Source: Myxococcota bacterium | Lineage (GTDB): Bacteria; Myxococcota_A; UBA796; GCA-2862545 | DNA: 64,000 bases | Assembly (NCBI GenBank): GCA_039208735.1 | Contig: JBCCQY010000025.1 | Coordinates: 11,829-75,828 of the forward strand | Reading direction: 5' to 3' | Shown here: piece after piece, positions 54,053-62,569 of the stretch | How the letters are laid out: each line of letters starts with the position of its first letter | Position numbering within the stretch: the first letter of the stretch is position 1 | The notes under the pieces: generated by a model | Told to the model about the DNA's origin: nothing | What the model saw: the letters and a program-made list of their open reading frames with translations, nothing else | The model's database searches: none | Program-made: the position numbers and the translations under genes

Positions 54053-55933
54053 ATGCCACGTCTGATCGCCGTCGACATCGGTTCTCACGCCGTCAAGGTG
54101 GCGAGCTACCGCATCAACGGCCGTGAAGTCCTGTTGGACGAGCGGTACCACCAGCTCGTTCCGCAGGGCGGTGCCGCACCCATGTTCGAGCAACGCCTTG
54201 CCGCGCTCGATGCCTTGCTCGACGACGTTCCAGCCCTGAAGCCCGACAGCGGCGACTTGGTGCTGCTGGCCTTTCCGTCGTCACTTGCGACGTTCCGTTC
54301 GCTCAACTTGCCGTTCACCGACACGGCCCAGATCGAGAACACGCTGGCCTTTGAGGTCGAGTCCGAGGTTCCCTTCGACCTCGACGAGATGATCCTTGGA
54401 TGGCGGATCGCCGAGCAGGGCCTAGGCAGCGACATTGTCACCGTCCTGGCGAAACGCGACGACGTCCGAGAGTGGATCGACGCCATGCAGGAGAGGGGGC
54501 TCGATCCTGCCTCGGTCCATGTGGATGCCGATCTCTACGGACCTTGGGGTCGCCTGCGCCACGCTGCGCCCATCGACGTCGATGCCGAATCCCCCTCGTC
54601 GCCGCTCGTTGCGGTCCTCGACCTGGGGCACCTCCACACGACGATCAGCGTCATCAAGGGAGGAGTCGTTCGCACGTGCCGGTCCATCGGCATTGGGGGC
54701 TGGGTATTCACGCAGGCGATTGCCCAGGCCCTTGGATGTTCCTGGGAAGAGGCCGAAACGCTCAAGCACGGCGGGCCCGTTCCTGTGTCGACCGCCAACG
54801 TGGTGCCCGACATTCCAGGTCCCGCCGCATCGGTCAGCGATGATTCGCCCCACGACGAAGACACCGATTGGGAAGACAGCGTCACCGAGATGCATCCGTC
54901 CCCCGAAGGCATTGAAGCGGAAGCCACGGTCACCGACATGCCCACGGTCCCCGATCCGACCGATGATCTTGGCCCTCCCATCAAGACCGACGAGTCCGGC
55001 CTGTCGTTTGGGCTGGGGGCATCGTCGCTCCCGCCGCCCGCGCGGTCCGGGGTGGCGAACCTTCCGAAGGCGGCGCGGGAACAGCTAAACCATCGCTTCC
55101 AGCAGCTTCTCGGAGAGTTGCGATCGACCTTGATCCAGGTCGAAGACCAGCTGGGCGGGGGAATCGAAGAGATCCGGCTGACCGGGGGCTCGGCCCGCAT
55201 CGCCGAATTGCGCGAACTCCTCGCCGAAGATCTGGGCGTCGAGGTGCGACTGGCCGAGGACCCGACGGGTGAAAACGCGTTTGGCCCGTTCAGCCTGTCG
55301 GCTGCGTTGGCCTCGACAAGCATTCCTGGCGCCAACAAGGCCATTGACCTGCGCGTGGGCGACCTCAAGTTCCGCGGGGGCACAAATCTGGTGCGGGCGG
55401 CGCTGACCTACGGCCTCGCCGGTGCGTTTTTCTTCTCGGTTGCGGCCACGGTGATGTTCGCCTGGGAGTACATCAGCCTCTCGAACGACTTGGGCACCGC
55501 CGAAGACGCAGTGCGCGTCATCGTGGTCGAAGCGGCCGGTCCCGAGGGGGCAAGCCTAGGTGACATCGGCATGGACGACGCTCGAGCCTACATGGCAGGC
55601 GTCACCGAAGATGCTTCGCAGCTCGCCACCGTCGTGGGGGACGGCAAGGGGGTGCCGCCCACCATTGACACGCTCTACCAGCTCACCCAGAGCTTCCCCC
55701 CGCATCCCGACGTCACCGTTGAGGTCACCGACCTGACCATCAACCGTACGACGGTCCAATTCACGGCCGAGACCACAAACTTTGCCGCGAGTGCGTCCAT
55801 CGAAGAGGCCCTTCGAGCCACCACGAAGTTCGCCAACGCGACCAAGGGTCAAGAGAACAAGCAGGGTTCGAAGAATCGATTCCCCATCACCATTCCGCTC
55901 GGCGCGGCTGAAGCGCCCGAGGACGAGGGCTAG
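54053..55933 (+). CDS. gspL: GspL with PilM-like actin-fold cytoplasmic domain
   Basis: AVDIGSHAVK, LPF, FEVE..VPF, LDLGH..T, LTGG.A; TM then periplasmic domain. Confidence 0.82.
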   Translation: MPRLIAVDIGSHAVKVASYRINGREVLLDERYHQLVPQGGAAPMFEQRLAALDALLDDVPALKPDSGDLVLLAFPSSLATFRSLNLPFTDTAQIENTLAFEVESEVPFDLDEMILGWRIAEQGLGSDIVTVLAKRDDVREWIDAMQERGLDPASVHVDADLYGPWGRLRHAAPIDVDAESPSSPLVAVLDLGHLHTTISVIKGGVVRTCRSIGIGGWVFTQAIAQALGCSWEEAETLKHGGPVPVSTANVVPDIPGPAASVSDDSPHDEDTDWEDSVTEMHPSPEGIEAEATVTDMPTVPDPTDDLGPPIKTDESGLSFGLGASSLPPPARSGVANLPKAAREQLNHRFQQLLGELRSTLIQVEDQLGGGIEEIRLTGGSARIAELRELLAEDLGVEVRLAEDPTGENAFGPFSLSAALASTSIPGANKAIDLRVGDLKFRGGTNLVRAALTYGLAGAFFFSVAATVMFAWEYISLSNDLGTAEDAVRVIVVEAAGPEGASLGDIGMDDARAYMAGVTEDASQLATVVGDGKGVPPTIDTLYQLTQSFPPHPDVTVEVTDLTINRTTVQFTAETTNFAASASIEEALRATTKFANATKGQENKQGSKNRFPITIPLGAAEAPEDEG

Positions 55934-55936
55934 ACC

Positions 55937-56521
55937 ATGGCGACGATCGAAGTCCAGACGGGCCCCCTTGCCGCGGTGGAGCGTCAGCTCGAGCTGCTTA
56001 GTCCTCGGGACCGCATTCTCCTCGTGGGACTAGTGCTCTTTGTGACGGCCTTGCTCGTCGGGGGCTACTGGTACCTGCTGTACGGGATGCTGGAAGGCCG
56101 TGCCGCCGACGTTCGCAACGCCAACGACACGCTCGTGGTGGTGCAGGGGCTCAAGACCGAACTCGATGACCATCAAACGAGGTTTGCCGCCCAGGAAGAT
56201 CGCATCCGAAACAACAGCAATCGGCCAGTCTCGGCCTGGATCGAGGAATTGGCCAATCGCCATTCGCTGTCAGAGCAGCTTCGTAAGGTCGATGAGATGC
56301 AGAGCGAAAGCCTCTCCGACGAGATGTCGCGGACCCATTACAAGGTCGAAGTCCGGCGGGCTCCGCAGGAAGAGCTATATCGGTTCCTCTACGACCTCGA
56401 GACGAGTCCGTTTCCTGCGTCGGTCGCAGAAGCCAAGTTCAAAGTGATCTTCCGCAACAAGGAGAAGTTCATGGACCTGACTCTCGATCTCGAGGTCCTG
56501 AAACTCCAGGAGGCGGGATGA
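55937..56521 (+). CDS. gspM: Type II secretion protein M
   Basis: LSPRDR.L then TM, coiled coil, L..FLY.LE. Confidence 0.78.
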   Translation: MATIEVQTGPLAAVERQLELLSPRDRILLVGLVLFVTALLVGGYWYLLYGMLEGRAADVRNANDTLVVVQGLKTELDDHQTRFAAQEDRIRNNSNRPVSAWIEELANRHSLSEQLRKVDEMQSESLSDEMSRTHYKVEVRRAPQEELYRFLYDLETSPFPASVAEAKFKVIFRNKEKFMDLTLDLEVLKLQEAG

Positions 56522-57738
56522 ACCGTCAAAACCTCGTATTCGGGGCCGGCGTCGTCGTCTGGTCCATCCTGGTCTTTGCGGTCACGTTCTACCTGACGTT
56601 TCCGTCCGATGCGCTCGTGGCGCGCATCAAGGAGGAAGCGCCGAACGTCCTGGGGCCTGACTACGAGGTCGATCTTGCCTCCGCCGCGCCGTGGTGGGTG
56701 GGTTTGTCGATGACGGACGTGGCCGTCTCCCAGCGCGCGCGGAATTGGCGACGCGACCCCGAGGCCGAAAGCTCGCTGGTCGCATTTGCGCCCAAAGCAC
56801 GGGTTCGCACCTCGTTGTTCTCGTTGTTGACCCAGGCCCCGTCGGTGATCGGTGCGGTGACGTTGGGAGACGGACGTGTCGACTTCGATGTGACCACGAA
56901 ATCCGGCGAGCGTCAGCTCGAGATCGCCACGCTCGAAGCGGTGGCGGACCAGCTGCCGTTGGCCGATGTTGTGGGCAGCCCGCTGATGGCCTCAGCGTTG
57001 GGCGGCTTTTCGATGGTGGGCGATGGTGCGGTCGACCTCAACATCGATTTGCAGGCCGGGGAACGTGGCATGGCCGATGGAGTTGGCCAATTCGAGCTGC
57101 AGGGCCGCGACCTCATGCTTAGCGAGCTGTCGAGTGAAACCACCGGGCCGTTGGGCATCGATGTCCCGATTCGAAAGCTCGAAATCGTCGCCGAAGTGGA
57201 GGAGGGCAAGGGAGATCTGAAAGAAGGAATCATCGATTCGGATCTTTTCAAGCTTAAAATCTCGGGTGACTTCGGGCTGCGAGATCCGCTGACCAACTCG
57301 ACGATCAACTTCGAAGTTGAGCTTTCCGACATCAGCAAGGACCTTTCGTTGGTCGAGACGATGTTGCGAAGTGGGCTTGGCGCCTCGGCCGACAACGGCA
57401 AGTACAAGTTCACGTGCCGAGGCATGATCGCGCGTTTGAACAGCCGCACCTGTCGGTCGGCGGGCAGCCGGCGCCGTCCGAGCACGGGCCGCAGCAGTGC
57501 AAACAAGCGTACGCCCGTGCGGTCCCGCCCCAGTTCGGTCAGCCGGGCTGAGCGGCCCAAGGTCAACGACCCGGACCGCGAGCGTCGCCGGGAGGAAATC
57601 CGGGAACGCCTGCGGGCCCGCGCGGGGAACGTTGACCAAGAAGAAGCCGATGAACTCGACTTTGAAGAAGAGGACGAAGAGGCACTCGAGGAGGAACTCG
57701 AGGAACTCGACTACGAGGAATTCGAAGAAGAGGAGTGA
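56518..57738 (+). CDS. gspN: Type II secretion protein N-like
   Basis: N-terminal TM with YLTFP.D, beta-rich body, last in operon. Confidence 0.75.
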   Translation: MNRQNLVFGAGVVVWSILVFAVTFYLTFPSDALVARIKEEAPNVLGPDYEVDLASAAPWWVGLSMTDVAVSQRARNWRRDPEAESSLVAFAPKARVRTSLFSLLTQAPSVIGAVTLGDGRVDFDVTTKSGERQLEIATLEAVADQLPLADVVGSPLMASALGGFSMVGDGAVDLNIDLQAGERGMADGVGQFELQGRDLMLSELSSETTGPLGIDVPIRKLEIVAEVEEGKGDLKEGIIDSDLFKLKISGDFGLRDPLTNSTINFEVELSDISKDLSLVETMLRSGLGASADNGKYKFTCRGMIARLNSRTCRSAGSRRRPSTGRSSANKRTPVRSRPSSVSRAERPKVNDPDRERRREEIRERLRARAGNVDQEEADELDFEEEDEEALEEELEELDYEEFEEEE

Positions 57739-59009
57739 GTGCCGAGGGCCCGTGCCCACGCGGCGCCCTTGGCCTCGGTCTCGGCCCATTCGGCAGCGGG
57801 GTCGCTCGACACGACGACCCCTCCACCCACGTGGTACCGCGCGATGCCTCGATGCACCACGCCCGTACGAATGGCGACGTTGAAGCTGGCACGTTCGTGG
57901 TCTGAGGCGAAGCCTATCGACCCGCAGTACACGCCACGGGGTGCGTCTTCGAGTTCGGCGATGCGGTGGCAGGCGCGGATTTTGGGAGCCCCGGTCACGG
58001 ATCCAGGGGGGAACATGGCGGCCAAGGCGCCAAAGGCATCCACGCCACGCCGCAAGGTGGCTTCCACACGGCGAAAGGTGTGAAAGACCGTGGGCAGTTC
58101 CATGATGCGTCGCTCACCCGTGCGCACCGTGCCCGATTCCGCCACCCGTCCCAGATCGTTGCGCACGAGATCGACGATCATCGTGAGTTCGGCCTGGTCC
58201 TTTGAGGATTCGCGGAGGGCCTGGCGGTGGGTGGTGTCCGCCTCTGGCGTCGCGCCACGGGGCCGGGTGCCCTTGATCGGTTCCGAAGCTACGGTTCGTC
58301 CGGTCTTGGCGAGGAGCAGTTCGGGGGAATTGCACACGATGTCAAGACCCTCGGACAGCTTGATAAATGCACCGTAGGCAGCGTCAAACGTTCGTAGACG
58401 GCGATAGACGCTAAAGCCGATATCATCGGTGGTCAGGCTGACGCGCACGGGGCGCGACAGGTTCACCTGGTAGCAGTCCCCGGCCCGAATCCACTCGAGG
58501 ATGCGCCTTACCGCTTGTTGATAGGTCTTTGGGTCGACCGACTGCGGAGGCAGGGGGCTCGGAGGCGCGGCTCCGAGGGGGGCAAGTTCGCGAGGCGTGT
58601 TCGCCAGCAGGGCTTCGAAGCGGGCGCGCAGGGGGGAGGGACCTGTCAGATGCCAGGTGGCGTCGGCATGGCGATAGCACATCGCGCCGTCGAAGCGGGC
58701 GAGCCAGGCCTCAGGCTCGACGGTGGGCTTGTTTTCGGGCACCGGGGCCACCCGGTGTCCGGCCCCGTAGCCGATGTAGCCCATCACCCCTCCGATGAAC
58801 GGCACCTCGAACGGGCCGGATGTTTCCCGCAGGGCGGATCGACCTGCGGCACACCAATCCGGGCCCTCGGTGATGATGTCCACCGGGTCGATCGCCACGA
58901 TCGACCACCCCTTTGCGCTCGAACCGCCGTCTAGCCAAACCGTTCCGGGTTGCGGACCCAGATGCGTCACAACGGCCTCGGGCGAGGGCCCTGAACACAC
59001 GGTGATCAT
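57711..59009 (-). CDS. pabB: Aminodeoxychorismate synthase component I (anthranilate synthase I family)
   Basis: GDCYQVNL, SPE, PIKGTRPRG, MIVDLVRNDL, PPGSVTGAPK, YCGSIG, NVAIRT. Confidence 0.88.
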   Translation of the reverse strand: MITVCSGPSPEAVVTHLGPQPGTVWLDGGSSAKGWSIVAIDPVDIITEGPDWCAAGRSALRETSGPFEVPFIGGVMGYIGYGAGHRVAPVPENKPTVEPEAWLARFDGAMCYRHADATWHLTGPSPLRARFEALLANTPRELAPLGAAPPSPLPPQSVDPKTYQQAVRRILEWIRAGDCYQVNLSRPVRVSLTTDDIGFSVYRRLRTFDAAYGAFIKLSEGLDIVCNSPELLLAKTGRTVASEPIKGTRPRGATPEADTTHRQALRESSKDQAELTMIVDLVRNDLGRVAESGTVRTGERRIMELPTVFHTFRRVEATLRRGVDAFGALAAMFPPGSVTGAPKIRACHRIAELEDAPRGVYCGSIGFASDHERASFNVAIRTGVVHRGIARYHVGGGVVVSSDPAAEWAETEAKGAAWARALGTHSSSSNSS

Positions 59010-59632
59010 GCGGCCACCCAGGCTCGTGTCTCGGCCACGGGATCGGCGGCCCGCGCGATGGCCGAAATGACGGCCCAGGCGTCGGCTCCTGCAGTTCGGA
59101 CTTCGACAAGCCGGTCCCGCGTCAATCCGCCAATGGCCACGAGGGGCACCGAGGGCGGCACGAGCGCGCGGACTTCCCGAAGCAGGGCGGGCCCTTGAAT
59201 GGCCTTTGGTCGGGAGAGGTTGATCGTTTCAAACATAGGTCCGAACGCGAGGTAGTCGGCATGGTCCAGGGCAGCGGGAACCTCGCGGGGGTGGTTCGTG
59301 CTGCGGCCTAAGAGGCGATGGGGCCCAAGGGCGCGTCGCGCCGTTATCGCATCGCCATCGGTCTGCCCGATGTGCACGCCGTCTGCATCGACCGCCGCGG
59401 CAAGTTCGGGATGGTCGTTGAGGATAAACGTGGCCCCTTGAGCCCGGCAGCGGGCTCCCAGGTCTCGCGCGGCAACCTCGATGTCATCGGTGGACCATCC
59501 TTTGCACCGCAGCTGGATGAGCCGACAACCTCCCTTGAGGAGGGCCACACCTTGCGCCACCGGGTCGAGGTCGCCGGACCCGGCATTGGCAATCCCATAG
59601 AGGCCTCGAATGCGGGCCCGTGCATCGATCAT
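59006..59632 (-). CDS. thiE: Thiamine-phosphate synthase
   Basis: IQLRCK, ILND, ADGVHIGQ.D, G.S, DY...GP.F.T, VAIGG. Confidence 0.92.
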   Translation of the reverse strand: MIDARARIRGLYGIANAGSGDLDPVAQGVALLKGGCRLIQLRCKGWSTDDIEVAARDLGARCRAQGATFILNDHPELAAAVDADGVHIGQTDGDAITARRALGPHRLLGRSTNHPREVPAALDHADYLAFGPMFETINLSRPKAIQGPALLREVRALVPPSVPLVAIGGLTRDRLVEVRTAGADAWAVISAIARAADPVAETRAWVAA

Positions 59633-59645
59633 GGGGCTCGGCGTA

Positions 59646-61481
59646 TCACCGCATCGGTGCGGGGTCCGGTGTCGGCGGGTAGCCAAGTGCGGTCACTACG
59701 GGTTCGAGCACCGTGCGAACCGGGTTGAGGAATGGCAACAGTTGGCGCCATCGCTCACTCGCGCCCTGATGAATGGGCTGGTTCACGTCGAGGTAGCTTG
59801 GCGTGCGAATGGGCCGTGGAACGAGTTCGTGAGGCCGGGTCACCGCGGGGTTGAAGGGCAAGTCCATGGCATCCAGCACGCGGCGCATCGCCGCTTCGGG
59901 GTCCGCGACCGTCGACTCGTAACGCAGCACCAACGTTCGCAGCGGCGGTTCGTCTCGCCACGCCAGCCACAACCGGAGCGTTTCAGCCACGAACGAGGCC
60001 GTTGACGTCAGCGACGTGGTTTCGGCCGAAAACGAATTGGGCGCGTAGTCCTGAAGGAAGTTCGACCACACGATGTCGCGGGGGTCCCGCAGGCACAGCA
60101 CGACCAGCGCATCGGGAAACAACGCGCGCAGCCAAGGCAACCGGACCAAGGACAGCGGCAGCTTGTCCACAAGGTGCGTCGTGTTCGTGAGGGTGACCCC
60201 GTCCTCGGCCACGGCATCCCAATAGGCCTGTCGCAAGGCGGGCCATTCGTCGGTCTCAATCTGATGGAGTTGCTCGGGAAACGGCGCCACCGGAGTGTCC
60301 GGCCGTCCCGCCCAGTAGCGCCGAAGCACCCGAGAGGCCGGATCGGTCTCGTCGAGGGTCTCGATCGCCGGATGAGCTTGCAGCATTTGTTGGACCAGGG
60401 TGGTGCCCGACCGCGGTACCCCCACCACGAAGGTCGGCGGCCGATGGCCAGAGTCGCGCGTCGGCACCTCGGGTCCTGGGGCCGTCGCACAGGCACGAAG
60501 GTGGGCCACCGTCGCGGTGAGCGCCCCGCGATGGTAGCCCTGCCGGGCGAACTCGGTTTGGGCAAGCCGATTGCCCTGAATGGCCTTGTCGTAGGCCGTC
60601 GACCAGTCGCCTTGTCGTTGGGCGAGTTTGGCGAGTTCGAGGTTCAGCGAACGGCGGTCCTCAAGCGGCATCGGCCGCTGCAGCAACGCTTCAGCCCGGG
60701 TGCGGGCTTGGAGGATGTGGCCCTCCTGGTGATCGAGCCGCACAAGGAGCCGTTCCATGCCCTGCGAAGGGCCCAGCTTCGTGAGGACCGTCTGGGCGAT
60801 TTTGCGGGCGGTATCTTTGTTGCGGGCCTGCTCATGGCACGAGGCCAGCGCTTCCCAGGTCTCGAGATGGTCTGGGGCGAGTCGGGTCGTGCGTTCAAAC
60901 CAGGCGATGGCCATGGGTAGATCGCGCATCGTCCGCCAGCTCTCAGCGATCTCTCGGCAGGCCCCTGCGTCGCTTGGCGGGGCCGCGTCGAGGGAGGTTA
61001 GCAACGCCCGAGCCTCGACCCCCTGGTCCAGGAAGAACCGAGCGCGGGCCTCGAGGGCGGTCAGCGCGGCCTGGGCCCCAGGAGAGGCGTTTTCGCGAAG
61101 GCCCTGTGCCTGGGCAATGGCCGCTTCGTACCTGCGCTGACGGAGTTGGGTCTGGACGAGGAGGGCGCCCACTTCGATGTCGGCATGCCCCATGGTGAGG
61201 AAGCGTTCGAGGATCCGCGCCGCATCGTCGAAGCGGTGTTGGTCGAGCAACGCGCTGGCCAGCGACCGACAGATGCGTGGATCGTGACGTCGGATACGGT
61301 GAAGCGCGTGCCATTGGGCGAGTTCGTCATCAGGTCGCCCAAGCTGTGCATAGAGGTTGGCGGCGATCTCGAGAACCAGCGGATGGTGCCGTTGCGCTTC
61401 ATCGAGCCGCTCGAAGTGTTCGCGTGCCTCGTCAAATCGTCGGGATCGAAAGGCATCGATAATGGGCTGCACGTGCTCCAA
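59646..61481 (-). CDS. TPR-repeat sulfotransferase
   Basis: N-terminal TPRs; FVVGVPRSGTTL 5'-PSB, DKLP, RDPRD..S 3'-PB, RYE, TPS. Confidence 0.9.
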   Translation of the reverse strand: MEHVQPIIDAFRSRRFDEAREHFERLDEAQRHHPLVLEIAANLYAQLGRPDDELAQWHALHRIRRHDPRICRSLASALLDQHRFDDAARILERFLTMGHADIEVGALLVQTQLRQRRYEAAIAQAQGLRENASPGAQAALTALEARARFFLDQGVEARALLTSLDAAPPSDAGACREIAESWRTMRDLPMAIAWFERTTRLAPDHLETWEALASCHEQARNKDTARKIAQTVLTKLGPSQGMERLLVRLDHQEGHILQARTRAEALLQRPMPLEDRRSLNLELAKLAQRQGDWSTAYDKAIQGNRLAQTEFARQGYHRGALTATVAHLRACATAPGPEVPTRDSGHRPPTFVVGVPRSGTTLVQQMLQAHPAIETLDETDPASRVLRRYWAGRPDTPVAPFPEQLHQIETDEWPALRQAYWDAVAEDGVTLTNTTHLVDKLPLSLVRLPWLRALFPDALVVLCLRDPRDIVWSNFLQDYAPNSFSAETTSLTSTASFVAETLRLWLAWRDEPPLRTLVLRYESTVADPEAAMRRVLDAMDLPFNPAVTRPHELVPRPIRTPSYLDVNQPIHQGASERWRQLLPFLNPVRTVLEPVVTALGYPPTPDPAPMR

Positions 61482-61557
61482 TGGTCCTCCCTACGGGACG
61501 GCCATCGGCCAGGGACGTTGACGGTGAACCCCTGACCTTTGCGGTTAGCAGGGCCGC

Positions 61558-62562
61558 ATGGACAATCGGCGAACCGGCATCCTCGTAGGCATTGGGCTCG
61601 TGAGCATCTCTGTGTTCTCGGGCCTACTTTTCGTGGTCTTCGTACTGGGTCAGCAGCCTACGCCCTCAGAAGCGCCCCCTCCATCGGCCCCGGCCTCGAA
61701 GTTCGGCGGGCCTACCTCCATGCAGACCGATTTGGATCGGCTCACCACCCAACCGCAAGTCCCCCTGCGGGAAGCCGCGCAGGAGCTGATCGGGGACAAC
61801 GGCGTGGTGTGTGGCATTCAACCCACGATCGACGTGGGCACGGCCCGGCTCGCCCTGGCGGGAGACAACGATCGAAACTGGCTCGCGGTGGCGGCCGCGC
61901 GGGGCGATGTGCTGTTGGTGAGTGACATCCCCGAAGAGGGCGAGGGCACCTTGTTCGTCGAAGGGTTCGCCCCCCGTGCGATTCGCTGGTTTGATGCACG
62001 AGGCGGGCGCGGGGGCTGTGACCCGGACCCGGTTGTACTGTCTCCGCCCGAGGCCTCGGTCATTGGCGAAGTCCAAGCCTTTGCACCACATGGATCAAAC
62101 CTCATCGTCGAGGTTTGCGGCCAGCCGGTGACCCTCGACGGCGATGGCGGGTTCTTCGTGGCCGCCACGCCAGAGGAGGCATGCGTCATTACCGTAAAGC
62201 GGCACTACGGGGTGTGGGAGTTCCGCGACAGCCTCACCGTCACCCCAACGAAGGGAGAAGAGGCTGAGGTCACGCTCGAAGTCCCCGCCTTCGTGGCCGT
62301 GTTGCCCTTACGGGTCGCGGAAGGCCGCATCGTGGCGGTGTGGGACGATGGTGGTGATGAAGGCACCACCGAGTCGCTCATGGGGGCTCGCATCGTGCGG
62401 GTCGATGGCGAAGAGGTGCCCGGCGAGGCCGAGGGGTTTCACCTTGCGACGGGCGGCGAGACCGGGGAGGAAGCCCTCCTCGAACTCGAGCGCGAGGGAG
62501 AGATCGTCGAGGCGCGGCTCGCGCGTCGAGCGTTGTCCTTCGACGATTGGCTGGTCCGGTAG
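61558..62562 (+). CDS. Membrane-anchored hypothetical protein, possible Ig-like and PDZ-like domains
   Basis: N-terminal TM; DG.F beta motifs; G.RI..VDG...G..G...L.LER near C-terminus. Confidence 0.6.
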   Translation: MDNRRTGILVGIGLVSISVFSGLLFVVFVLGQQPTPSEAPPPSAPASKFGGPTSMQTDLDRLTTQPQVPLREAAQELIGDNGVVCGIQPTIDVGTARLALAGDNDRNWLAVAAARGDVLLVSDIPEEGEGTLFVEGFAPRAIRWFDARGGRGGCDPDPVVLSPPEASVIGEVQAFAPHGSNLIVEVCGQPVTLDGDGGFFVAATPEEACVITVKRHYGVWEFRDSLTVTPTKGEEAEVTLEVPAFVAVLPLRVAEGRIVAVWDDGGDEGTTESLMGARIVRVDGEEVPGEAEGFHLATGGETGEEALLELEREGEIVEARLARRALSFDDWLVR

Positions 62563-62569
62563 GTCGCGC

